Below are positions 1 through 9,379 of a DNA stretch of 32,000 bases, piece by piece. The translations under genes were made by a program, and so were the position numbers. The DNA is from a cyanobacterium endosymbiont of Braarudosphaera bigelowii (GTDB lineage Bacteria; Cyanobacteriota; Cyanobacteriia; Cyanobacteriales; Microcystaceae). The DNA lies in assembly GCF_020885515.1 (NCBI RefSeq), contig NZ_AP024987.1:1380001-1412000 (forward strand), given 5' to 3'. The notes under the pieces are model-generated. The model saw nothing but the letters and a program-made list of their open reading frames with translations. It was not told the origin of the DNA and searched no databases. Every line of letters begins with the position of its first letter. The first letter of the stretch is position 1.

Positions 1-168
1 ATAGACAAAAATATAACCCGTAGACCACATTAAGCTTAATAAATTAGTATTTCAGTACTTAAATACTCAATAAAGTATCAAAATTAAACATTTTAATTTA
101 TTTTAGTCTAAAACTTTATTTAGAAAATCAAATTGAAGTCGTAATTTTTATTACTTAAAGTATAAAAA

Positions 169-831
169 TTATTGATTCTGAGTTTTAACTATATCTACAC
201 CATGAGAAGTACCTATGCGACTTGCACCTAACTTAACTAATTCTAAAGCTTGTTCAAATGTATGAATACCTCCAGAAGCTTTAATCCCCATTTTACCGCT
301 ACAAATTTTATGTAGATATTCGATATCAATTTTTGTAATGCCTCCGAACCATCCAGTGTTAGTCTCTAAATATTTAGCTCCTGCATCTGCACAAATATCA
401 GAGGCTAACTTCTTTTCTGCATTTGTTAATAAATTACTTTCTAAAACTATTTTAATTATCCTTTTTGTAGTTTCACATATTGATGATATTTCATCATAAA
501 TAAATCTTGAATTACCTAATTTTAATTCTCCCAGATTTATCATAATGTTCAATTCATTAGCACCATTATCTGTTGCTTCTTGTGCTTCATAAAGTTTAAC
601 AGATGAAGTAGTAGCTCCTGAAGGAAAACCAATTACTGTAGATATTGAAGTTTTGGTTCCATGAAGTAAATGTACTACCTGAGGAACGAAATGAGGATAT
701 ACACACACACTAGGAAATTGAAAGTATTGAGCTTCATCACATAATGTTTTAATTTCTTCATAAGTTGAGTTAGGATTGAGTGATGAATGTTCAATATAGT
801 TAGCAATATTAATATTTAATTCAGATTTCAT
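169..831 (-). CDS. deoC: Deoxyribose-phosphate aldolase (class I aldolase)
   Basis: 220-aa ORF of typical DeoC length. It carries IEHSSLNP (compare the IDHTLLKP region), VIGFPSG, and the Schiff-base lysine context GIKASGGI near the C-terminus. Confidence 0.9.
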   Translation of the reverse strand: MKSELNINIANYIEHSSLNPNSTYEEIKTLCDEAQYFQFPSVCVYPHFVPQVVHLLHGTKTSISTVIGFPSGATTSSVKLYEAQEATDNGANELNIMINLGELKLGNSRFIYDEISSICETTKRIIKIVLESNLLTNAEKKLASDICADAGAKYLETNTGWFGGITKIDIEYLHKICSGKMGIKASGGIHTFEQALELVKLGASRIGTSHGVDIVKTQNQ

Positions 832-1566
832 GTTCTTTATTTCTACAAAAATTTATTAACTCAATTATCTAAATTGTAGTTTAAAAAAGCATGTGTTTCA
901 TAAGATATAAAAATGATATTTATCAGAATATAATTTCTCTAAGAAACATTAACTTTTAATAATGTTGAATAAGATTCAACAATTTAATTTTTCAAAGGTC
1001 ATCACTTCTTAAGTACATATTAGAGCTTTTAATTCAATTAATTTTGTAGAGAATTGTTACTCATATAGAGTAAAGTTTATTTAGAGTTAGTAGCGTGTCA
1101 TTCTCTTAAAAATTTCATACTTCTAAAGATAATAAAATTGTCTCTAAATATACTTTTTTCTAATAATCTTATTTATTAATACTATTACAATATTTATATA
1201 AAGTTTTTGAGTTTTAGTAGTTGCATTATATTGCTAGAATCTTGGTACTTATAACATTAAATTACCTAATATTAACTAAAAGCTACAAATAGTAAGTATG
1301 TTTATAAGCTCTAAAACGAATATAAAGTTACTTTTTTGTATATACTTTTACACAATATTTAAACACTGGAAATAGGCAAGGTTAAGTTTACTGTTATCGA
1401 AGATGAAACTTATTGGAGCTGGTATTAGTAAATCAGATGTTATAAATGAACGTGCGATCATTACAAATAGAGAAATAACAAAAATAAGAAGAATTAAAAA
1501 AGGAGCTATATATTCTCGAAAAAACTGCATAAAAACTTTTATCTTTAGTATATTACCAAATTATAT

Positions 1567-1598
1567 CAGATTTTTTTCAACTGATTGAAAAAAATCTG
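1567..1598 (-). terminator. Perfect 14-bp palindromic hairpin (cagatttttttcaa / ctga loop / ttgaaaaaaatctg), candidate terminator about 95 nt downstream of the kinase gene
   Basis: Arms read directly at 1567-1580 and 1585-1598 and are exact reverse complements with a 4-nt loop. The stem is A/U-rich and there is no clean trailing U-tract, so function is uncertain. Confidence 0.35.
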
Positions 1599-1693
1599 GC
1601 AATTGGTACTAGGAATAAATACAGGAAAAATTGTAAAGAATACTATTTTAAACAATTAATTTTATACTTTTACCAAAATCAATACTTGTAAAA

Positions 1694-3007
1694 TCAATTT
1701 GTTCTATACCTTGAATCTTTTAGAGATAACCATACTATAAATTGTGTCCCTTTATTATTTTGAAAATCAATTGGACTCAATAACTCAATCGTTCCATTCA
1801 TTTTATCAACTAGTTCTTTGACAATTGATAAGCCTAAGCCGTTGCCTAGAATACTTTCTTGTGTTTTTGCTCCTCTATAATGTCGCTCAAAAATATATGG
1901 TTGATCTTCCGTAGAAATACCTAAGCCTGTATCTTGTATACAAATACCTTGATACTGTTTATTGTCAATGATTTTAAATAAACCTAGCCTAATATCTATT
2001 CTCCCAAATGGAGGAGTATATTTAATACTATTATCAATTAAATTACTAATTACTTCTCTTAATCCAAAAATACTAGCTAAAACTGGTTGTAAATAATTAG
2101 GAGCATGTATCTGCAGAATTATATTTTTATTTTGTGCAATAGGTTTCATAGAAATCAGAATATCTTCCAATATTTCTGATATGTAAATTTCATCCAATTC
2201 TAAAGATTGTGAAGGAAGTAAAGGAGACAATGAATTTTTAAAAGTGCCAACAAAGTTAGAATTTAAAGGAACAGTATCTAAACTCGCATCTATTGAGATT
2301 TGGTTGGTTTCAAATTCTTGGATTAAATCGTGTAAATGTTCTCCTTCTCTAACTATATTCTTAACGACAGCAAAACTTTGCTCATCAGATATTAAACGTT
2401 TAAGTAATAATTTACCAAAAATTTTTAGAGCTGTTAATGGATTTCTTAGTTGGTGAAATAAATTTTCAAGTCGATCATATTCTTGTTTATGTAATATTTT
2501 TTGCTGATGTAATTGTTTTTTAGAAGATGCTTGACGTTGATCTAATGAGCGTGCAATTGCTAAGGTATTTGCTATTTTTTTTATTTGAGTCAATTCATCT
2601 TGTTTCCAAGGATGATTAAATCTCCTTGTTACCAAAACTCCTAAAACAAGACCTTCATATACCAGAGGAAACCCTACTTGGTAAGGTTCTGATGTAAAAA
2701 AGTTGCTACTATGTACACTAGACAAATCTTCAGAAATAGATGATAAAGATCCTCTAAAAATTGGTATGGCGGTAATTTCTTTTCCTTCAATAAAATCAAT
2801 ATGATTAGTAAAAGTATTTCTAGCTGTTCCACCAGCTGGATAAACAACTATTGGTATAAGATTTATTTGTTGATTATCTTTTTCTGAAGTCAAATATACA
2901 GCACTCCATTCTGCTTGTAGAATTTTAGCCAAAAGAGTGATTTGTGATTGACACAAAGAAATAAAATCTGAACTCGGATAAGAAACTTTTGCTGTAGCAG
3001 AGAACAT
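1694..3007 (-). CDS. Soluble GAF-domain sensor histidine kinase, Hik2/CSK-like
   Basis: 437 aa with no TM segment. The N-terminal ~150 aa look GAF-like. H-box is FHQLRNPLTALKIFGKLL with His at residue 185. N-box is NLIDNSIKYT, G1 is QDTGLGI, G2 is GNGLGLSIV. Architecture and length match the conserved cyanobacterial Hik2, the homologue of chloroplast sensor kinase. Confidence 0.85.
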   Translation of the reverse strand: MFSATAKVSYPSSDFISLCQSQITLLAKILQAEWSAVYLTSEKDNQQINLIPIVVYPAGGTARNTFTNHIDFIEGKEITAIPIFRGSLSSISEDLSSVHSSNFFTSEPYQVGFPLVYEGLVLGVLVTRRFNHPWKQDELTQIKKIANTLAIARSLDQRQASSKKQLHQQKILHKQEYDRLENLFHQLRNPLTALKIFGKLLLKRLISDEQSFAVVKNIVREGEHLHDLIQEFETNQISIDASLDTVPLNSNFVGTFKNSLSPLLPSQSLELDEIYISEILEDILISMKPIAQNKNIILQIHAPNYLQPVLASIFGLREVISNLIDNSIKYTPPFGRIDIRLGLFKIIDNKQYQGICIQDTGLGISTEDQPYIFERHYRGAKTQESILGNGLGLSIVKELVDKMNGTIELLSPIDFQNNKGTQFIVWLSLKDSRYRTN

Positions 3008-3230
3008 ACTTTATTAAGTTTTATCAAGAAGTAAAAATTTGTAGCCTAAATATTAAATGAATTTGTTTTTAATCAAAAAAACATTGCTATAGTAATAATC
3101 ATAATTTGAATTGCAAGAATTTACAATTTAAGTATTAAATGCTTGATCTTTTAAAATTAAACAGATATAATTGCTTCGGATTTTGTAGCTATGACTGCAG
3201 TCTATGTAGTCAAAATAGGAGGTAAAAGGG

Positions 3231-3551
3231 TTGGCAAGAAAGCGCAAACGGAAAAGTCGCCGTCGCCAAGAGGGTCGAAAAATTCTTGAACTTGTACCCC
3301 AATATAATATTGAGAGCGGTGAAGATAAGCCAGTAACTGCTGCTAGAAAATACATTCATGGAATAGGGATACAGGCGCCTGCTTTGTTAGTTGTTAGGCG
3401 TAATGAACACACTACTGATAGATACTTTTGGGCGGAAAAAGGTCTATTTGGTGCTCAATATGTTGAGGAAAATCATTTTTTGTTTCCTAGTTTAAAAGAA
3501 TTTCAGCCACAAATTCAGAAAATGTCTATGAAAACTCCTATGGTAGGATAA
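3231..3551 (+). CDS. Conserved hypothetical protein with a strongly basic N-terminus (possibly the cyanobacterial DUF3155 type; that family name is from memory only)
   Basis: 106-aa ORF. TTG at 3231 is the only usable start and is preceded by AGGAGG (3217-3222) with an 8-nt spacer. The sequence is not low-complexity (RRNEHTTDRYFWAEKGLFGAQYVEENHFLFPSL) and G+C is higher than in the flanking spacers. Confidence 0.6.
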   Translation: MARKRKRKSRRRQEGRKILELVPQYNIESGEDKPVTAARKYIHGIGIQAPALLVVRRNEHTTDRYFWAEKGLFGAQYVEENHFLFPSLKEFQPQIQKMSMKTPMVG

Positions 3552-3629
3552 ATATTCAGTGAAGTTACTATAAGTGGCTGTGATTTTCTTTTTAAGAAAT
3601 GAAAAAAGTTTATGTGTTGATTTGTTTTT

Positions 3630-4157
3630 CTAATTATTAAGCTGTAAAGGAAAGCTTTTTTTAAACTTAGCTATTTCATCACGATGACCAGTTAGAATAA
3701 AACAACTAGGTTTATCTAGTGTTTCTCCTGTATTGTGTTCAAAGTTTACGGTTACTGTCTCAGCTTTACATGCTTTTTTCCAATAAAATAAACCTGTTAT
3801 GGGAGACAAAATGACTAAACTAAAAAATCCAGGAGTTAATGGCTGATAAAGAAACGATAAAATCAATCCAAAGCAGAATAGACCAACTGACGATAGAAAA
3901 CTTAAGAAGATTGCCATAAACCAACTAGGACGAACTATTCCCTCAAAAATAATTTCATCTTCTTTATTAGAAATAATTTGATAGGATCGTTTTTCAAAAT
4001 AAGTTTTAATTTGTTTCATTAATGGTATTTTAGATACCTGGAAAATAATTTTTTCTTTCTCTGTACGGTCTTTTACAGAGGCACGAATAAAAAAGAATAA
4101 TCCTATAGTTAGTAAAAAAGTTAGAAAGAAAGTTGAAATTAAGGTAGGATTGCTCAC
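3630..4157 (-). CDS. Polytopic membrane protein, possibly CCB1-type cytochrome b6f cofactor-assembly factor
   Basis: 175 aa with a GTG start at 4157. There is an N-terminal TM followed by FFIRASVKDRTE and at least two further TM segments. The family assignment comes from remembered motif similarity only. Confidence 0.55.
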   Translation of the reverse strand: MSNPTLISTFFLTFLLTIGLFFFIRASVKDRTEKEKIIFQVSKIPLMKQIKTYFEKRSYQIISNKEDEIIFEGIVRPSWFMAIFLSFLSSVGLFCFGLILSFLYQPLTPGFFSLVILSPITGLFYWKKACKAETVTVNFEHNTGETLDKPSCFILTGHRDEIAKFKKSFPLQLNN

Positions 4158-4677
4158 AAGAATTAAAATAATGATAACTAAGTAATGAATTAAAATAGTT
4201 CTGTCTTGACTGATTGTAACCTATAAACATATAAACAAATGATTTTTAGCTTTGTTTACACAAACAGTTATCTAAGATAAAAATAAATGACTTAAGTAGT
4301 TAAGTAGAGTTATTAAAAATTTTAAAATAGAGATTTATCTAGTTAAAAGCACTTTTTTGTTAAGACTTTTAAAGTGTGAAAATTTTAAACTATTTGAATT
4401 ACTTGTAATAATACCTATAACTATGCTGGACTAAAATTCAGTGATAGGTGGATTTTCAGATTTTATCTAAAGAAGTTCATTTTAATCTTGTAACTCTTCT
4501 TGTAATAAAAAATGTTAAAAGTATTTTATTCCTCATATAAACAAAAAGAAATGTCAGTTATGGGCTCTTTTAAATTAACAGTTGTAATAAGTCCAAAATG
4601 AGTTCTCTAAATTACTAAGAATTTAGATCTTTTTTCAAAGTATAAAATTTTTCAACTTTTAATGATTTAAACTTAAT

Positions 4678-4914
4678 TTATTCCTCGTTTATTTTAACTT
4701 GAACATCATTAAAGATAGAAGTATTAAATTTAAATAAAATAATTAAACTCAGTATATGAATAAGCCAATGTGAGATTACTAAGCTCCAAATAATAGAGAC
4801 TAAAGCAGTTGCAAAAGCAAGGACTCCAAAAATATCATTGTTAGTACGCTGATACCGTAAGATACTTCCTATTGAAATTACAAAGAATAGAAATGGAAAA
4901 ACATAAAATATCAT
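4678..4914 (-). CDS. Small hypothetical membrane protein (about 78 aa, 3 predicted TM)
   Basis: The track ORF 4678..4920 opens with TTG. The ATG two codons later (4914) is preceded by GGAAGG (reverse complement of 4924-4929) with a 9-nt spacer. The protein is hydrophobic and no homologue is recognised. Confidence 0.45.
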   Translation of the reverse strand: MIFYVFPFLFFVISIGSILRYQRTNNDIFGVLAFATALVSIIWSLVISHWLIHILSLIILFKFNTSIFNDVQVKINEE

Positions 4915-5947
4915 AGACAATTACCTTCCAATTTCTTATATAGTGAAAAACCTACAAAAAATAATTTTTACTGATTTAGATATTAGAACACGCTTATACT
5001 CTAACAATAGCATTATCTTATATGAGATGACAGCAATATAAACTATTTAGTTGAGATATCGTAAAAAATCTTCGTATAACTTTAAATTTAGACAAATTAT
5101 ATTAACTAATAATACTTATTATTAGCTAATATAGAAAATTGTACTAACTAGTTTTATACTTTATCTAGCAAAAACTAATTAGATGAAAAATAGATCAATA
5201 ACTCTAGGCACTTTATCATAGAATAATTATATTTATATTACGAACTTTTAGCAAAAACTAAAAAACTTTAACTTACTTAGTAGATAAAATTAAAATTAGT
5301 CATAGAAGGTTAGAGCAACATAGAAATTTATTTAGAATACTTATCGGATTATTTAACTTAACTTGTCTAAATATTTTAACTATCTTACACTTTATATCTT
5401 AATACTCACCTTTCAAATATTGAATTGCAAATAAATATTTTCGTATATTACAATCCGTATTTTAATAATAACTTTTAAAAAACAATATAATTCTGATATT
5501 AAAATTAAAGACTATAGTATGAATTTTATAACTTAATTCTGTTAGTTGAAAAAATTACTATTAAATATTTTAAATATCAAGCTTGATTAATTTTATATTG
5601 TCACTAATAAAGAACAATTAATATTACTTAATAAAATAGTTTTTATAATTTGGTCATGTGAAACAAGTAAAGTTTCCTATCAACTTTTAAAAATATTGAT
5701 ATTTATAAAAAGTATTGAAACAATCATTTATTTTTTATTCAAGAGGAACTAACAATAGAAACTATTAGTCTAGTGAAAAGCGTCTATATATTCATTTTCT
5801 AAGATTAATTTCACTAGGTCAAGACTACAAAAAATTCAGAAAAATCTGATATAGTGCGCAATTTATCTTAGGATTCTTTATAAAAGCTATTAAGAATTTT
5901 ATCAAGCAATCGAAATACATAAATTTATAAGATATGAGGGTATTTTT

Positions 5948-6700
5948 ATGAAATCATTAGTTCGCTGGGGAACAACTATGAGCTTGATAGCAAGCACTTT
6001 GTTGACATCTTGGCTAGGGAAAGTGCCAAAAGTATTAGCTTTACCTGAAGCTGATATCATTAAGTTATTACAGACAGTTCCTGTCTTTACTATTACTACA
6101 GAAGAAGGAGGACCTCTTGTTGCAACGATAGAGGATAATCAAAAAGTAACACAAGTTTTTATGAGCTCACAGGATGCTGATGGTTTTTTAGATAAGCTTC
6201 GTCAACATCAGCCAGACGTTGGAAATAAAGTAAAAGTTCAAGCTGTTTCTTTAGGGGAAATATATCGTTTTGCTTTAGCTAATAATAGTGATGTAAATAA
6301 AGAATCTCTTCAATTTGTTTATGTTCCTATGAAGAGTGCTATAGACTCTGCAAAAAAACTTCTAGACACCAAAGGACAAGAATATAAAGGTGGAGTTCCT
6401 TTATTTATTCTGAGAGGAGGTCCCGAAAATAGTATGTTGACTATTCAACAAAATGAGAGAGAAGTTATCCCTCTTTTCTTTGAAGAAGCTCCAATTCAAG
6501 CTATTACAGAAAAAATGAAAAAGGATCAGCCCAACATCGTTAAATCAATAAAAATTGAAGTAGTTCCTTTAGAAAATGTAATTGGGTTACTGCAAACCAA
6601 AAATGATGAGGCACTTAAGCAAATACAATTAGTTCCACCTGAAGAGACTATTCAGTTTATTCAGAATAAAATTAAACTAGAACAGGCTCAAGAAAGCTAA
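5948..6700 (+). CDS. Tic22-like periplasmic protein
   Basis: 250 aa. The N-terminal signal peptide ends in VLA|LP. Tic22-family motifs are present (VPVFTITTEEGGPL, VFMSSQDADGFL, and a repeated VPLF/IPLFF half). SD GAGGG lies at 5936-5940, 7 nt before the ATG. Confidence 0.75.
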   Translation: MKSLVRWGTTMSLIASTLLTSWLGKVPKVLALPEADIIKLLQTVPVFTITTEEGGPLVATIEDNQKVTQVFMSSQDADGFLDKLRQHQPDVGNKVKVQAVSLGEIYRFALANNSDVNKESLQFVYVPMKSAIDSAKKLLDTKGQEYKGGVPLFILRGGPENSMLTIQQNEREVIPLFFEEAPIQAITEKMKKDQPNIVKSIKIEVVPLENVIGLLQTKNDEALKQIQLVPPEETIQFIQNKIKLEQAQES

Positions 6701-6722
6701 AATATTCATCTATTAACTATTT

Positions 6723-6761
6723 ACATTCAAGATCTCTTAAAAATTTAGAAATCTTGAATGT
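6723..6761 (+). terminator. Hairpin downstream of the Tic22-like gene (11-bp perfect stem acattcaagat/atcttgaatgt, 17-nt loop)
   Basis: Read directly from the sequence. It starts 22 nt after the stop codon. A stem of this length could arise by chance in such AT-rich DNA. Confidence 0.35.
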
Positions 6762-7149
6762 CCATATTTAATATTTACACAAATACAATATAAGTAATAA
6801 CTTATTCACACATATCTGATAGATATAAGACATAGAGCTAAACTGATTAAAAAAATTGATTAAGATAAAAGTATTTTTATATAAAAACTATCATAGTCAC
6901 TAATGTGGTTTTTCTATCTTAAAATTTAAAGAATATAAATATTTAAAATCAATTTCGGCTAATGCTGAGGAAGTGATGATTAATTATTAACTCAGTTTTT
7001 AAGAATATGAATAAAGACTTAAAATATCTTAAAATTTTCTATTAAGTTCTTTAGACTAAAAAGATAAAAAATAATATTAATAACTGATTAGCTATTTATA
7101 CTTATAGTCACTGGTTAAATTTACAATATTTATATTCTAGAAAACAATT

Positions 7150-9219
7150 ATGGGAAAATCTGAAACGAAAGAATTAATAAATAGACAGTTATTTTACCTG
7201 AAGAAAAACAATAAACTTAAGTTTTTAGGACATATTTTTACCTCACTATCTTTAGGTATAATCTCGTTAAGCACTACCCTTCCAGTTTCTGCACGTATAC
7301 CTGAAGAATTGATTAGTTGTGACATACTTGTAGTGGGTGCTGGACTATCAGGTTCTGCTGCTGCTTACGAAGGTTTATTAGCTGGAAAGACTGTTTGTTT
7401 AACTGAATTAACTGATTGGGTGGGAGGGCAAATTTCTTCACAAGGTAATTCAGCTTTTGATGAGGGAAAACAACAGAGATCTTTACAGCATTTTCCTCGA
7501 GGATATAATATTCTGCGAAACAATATTGCTCGTTTTTACAATAGGCAAAACCCTGGAGAATGCTGGGTCAGTGAAAGCTGTTTCTTACCATCTCACGGTC
7601 ACCAATTATTATATAAACAATTACAGAAAGCTCAAAAAATTGGTAATGGAACTTTGAAATGGTTTCCTTCAACTGTTGTCAAAGAAATAAAACTGAATGC
7701 AAATAATAAATTAATACAGAGCGTTATCGCTATTCAACATAGTCCTGCTGATCCTGGTCTTGATCTTTATAAAGAGCCTCTTTCCCAGACCATTCAGGAT
7801 GCTTATACTTACAAAGATTCCAAACGTTTCAAAAAAAGAATTATTCGTTTTGAAGCAAAATCTCAAGAAAATAGTTCCGCTAATTGGTTTGTAATAGAAG
7901 CAACCGAAACAGGAGAAATAATTGCTTTAGCTGATATTCCGTATCAGCTAGGATTAGATCCCTTAAATCATCTTAATCCATCATCTCCGACAAAAAATAG
8001 GGATCCTTATTGTGTACAAGGTTTTACATATCCTTTTGCTATGGAAAGGATGACAAGTATTCAAACCCAAAACAAGCCAATATTTTATGATAAATATGAG
8101 CCATATTATGGATACGATAATGATAATCGATTAGCTCATTTTGACTTGGTATTTACCTATCGAAGAATCTGGAGTCCTCGTAAGGGAAGATTAGTAAAAA
8201 CTGGACCTCTTAAGGTTAATGAGCCTAGCCCTGGAGATATTTCTATGCAAAATTGGCTATGGGGAAATGATTATCGTCCAGGAACATCACAAGACAATCT
8301 TATTTATACTCGTAAACAGCTAAAAGAAAACGGACAGTTAGAAGAAGGTAGATGGGAAGGAGGTTTACGTACAGAAACTTTAAAAAAAGGAGAGGAATTA
8401 TCTTTAGGATTTTATTACTGGTTAGTAGCAGGAAATACTGATTCTCGCTTAGGTAATAATATTAAAAAACCATCCCCAAATCATCGTTTATTAAGTGGCC
8501 ATAGTTCTCCTATGGGAACTATGCATGGACTATCTAAATATCCTTATATTAGGGAAGGGAGACGCATTATTGGAAGACCATCTTATGATCATCCAGATGG
8601 ATTTTCTATAAATGAAATTGATATTTCGACTAAAGATTATTGGAATAATTTTTATCGTACTTCTTTGCCTCGGCCAATGTATCAAAGAGTATGGTCAACT
8701 ATCGCTAACTTAGAATCAAGAATAATGACATTAAGTAACCGTCCTTCGTATTTAGTTACCAGACGCACCCATGCAACAATATATCCAGATTCTGTTGGCG
8801 TTACCCAATATATGATTGATTTTCATCCATGTATGGCTTTATCTCCTGCAGAAAAACCTGGAAATCTTGAAAGAAGAGAAGTTCGTGTCGCTCATGGTTC
8901 CGCTCATCCTGCACAAATTCCATTAAGAGCTATGATTCCTCAAAAAATAGATAATTTAATTGTTTCTGGAAAGAATATAGCTACTAGTCATATTGCAGCA
9001 GCAGCTTATAGGGTACATGGATTTGAGTGGTCAGCTGGAGCAGCTGCTGGCACATTAGCTAGCTTTTCTTTAGAAAAGGATATCTTGCCTTATGAGTTAG
9101 TAGATGATTTACCAAAACAAGAATCTGGGTTACAGGAATTTCGTCAAAAGCTAGAAAGTAATGGCAATCCTACAACTTTTCCTCAAGCTATGATGTTTAG
9201 TTACTTGCAAGGTAAGTAG
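7150..9219 (+). CDS. FAD-dependent oxidoreductase (FAD_oxidored / PF12831-like) with an N-terminal signal or anchor
   Basis: 689 aa. Rossmann dinucleotide motif DILVVGAGLSGSAAAYEG is present. The C-terminal motif IPLRAMIPQKIDNLIVSGKNIATSHIAAAAYRVHGFEWSAGAAAG is typical of this flavoprotein family. The N-terminus has a K-rich n-region, a hydrophobic core and PVSA|RIP. Confidence 0.8.
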   Translation: MGKSETKELINRQLFYLKKNNKLKFLGHIFTSLSLGIISLSTTLPVSARIPEELISCDILVVGAGLSGSAAAYEGLLAGKTVCLTELTDWVGGQISSQGNSAFDEGKQQRSLQHFPRGYNILRNNIARFYNRQNPGECWVSESCFLPSHGHQLLYKQLQKAQKIGNGTLKWFPSTVVKEIKLNANNKLIQSVIAIQHSPADPGLDLYKEPLSQTIQDAYTYKDSKRFKKRIIRFEAKSQENSSANWFVIEATETGEIIALADIPYQLGLDPLNHLNPSSPTKNRDPYCVQGFTYPFAMERMTSIQTQNKPIFYDKYEPYYGYDNDNRLAHFDLVFTYRRIWSPRKGRLVKTGPLKVNEPSPGDISMQNWLWGNDYRPGTSQDNLIYTRKQLKENGQLEEGRWEGGLRTETLKKGEELSLGFYYWLVAGNTDSRLGNNIKKPSPNHRLLSGHSSPMGTMHGLSKYPYIREGRRIIGRPSYDHPDGFSINEIDISTKDYWNNFYRTSLPRPMYQRVWSTIANLESRIMTLSNRPSYLVTRRTHATIYPDSVGVTQYMIDFHPCMALSPAEKPGNLERREVRVAHGSAHPAQIPLRAMIPQKIDNLIVSGKNIATSHIAAAAYRVHGFEWSAGAAAGTLASFSLEKDILPYELVDDLPKQESGLQEFRQKLESNGNPTTFPQAMMFSYLQGK

Positions 9220-9312
9220 TCTAGATGGTCTTTTCTTTAAGATCTTCTAAAAATAATTTTAGAGATAAAGATAATATTTAAAATTAATATGTTTAAATCT
9301 GAAATTATTTTT

Positions 9313-9352
9313 AATAAGTATAGATTTAAAGTATTGTTAATCTATACTTATT
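9313..9352. terminator. Perfect 13-bp hairpin (aataagtatagat / 14-nt loop / atctatacttatt) between the convergent oxidoreductase and smc genes
   Basis: The arms at 9313-9325 and 9340-9352 are exact reverse complements. It sits in a 160-bp convergent spacer, so it is a candidate bidirectional terminator. Confidence 0.4.
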
Positions 9353-9379
9353 CTAAAAAAGAGATATAGGATAGTATGC

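Noticed and set aside
142-171. Short all-A/T palindromes, e.g. taatttttat/ataaaaatta at the deoC stop (142-171), cattaat/attaatg at 21663-21680, and several 6-9 bp stems in the spacers at 26794-27369 and 14731-15091.
   Set aside because: By my rough estimate, stems of 10 bp or fewer made only of A/T pairs are expected by chance several times in ~7 kb of ~80% A+T spacer. They would also be thermodynamically weak, so I do not call them features.
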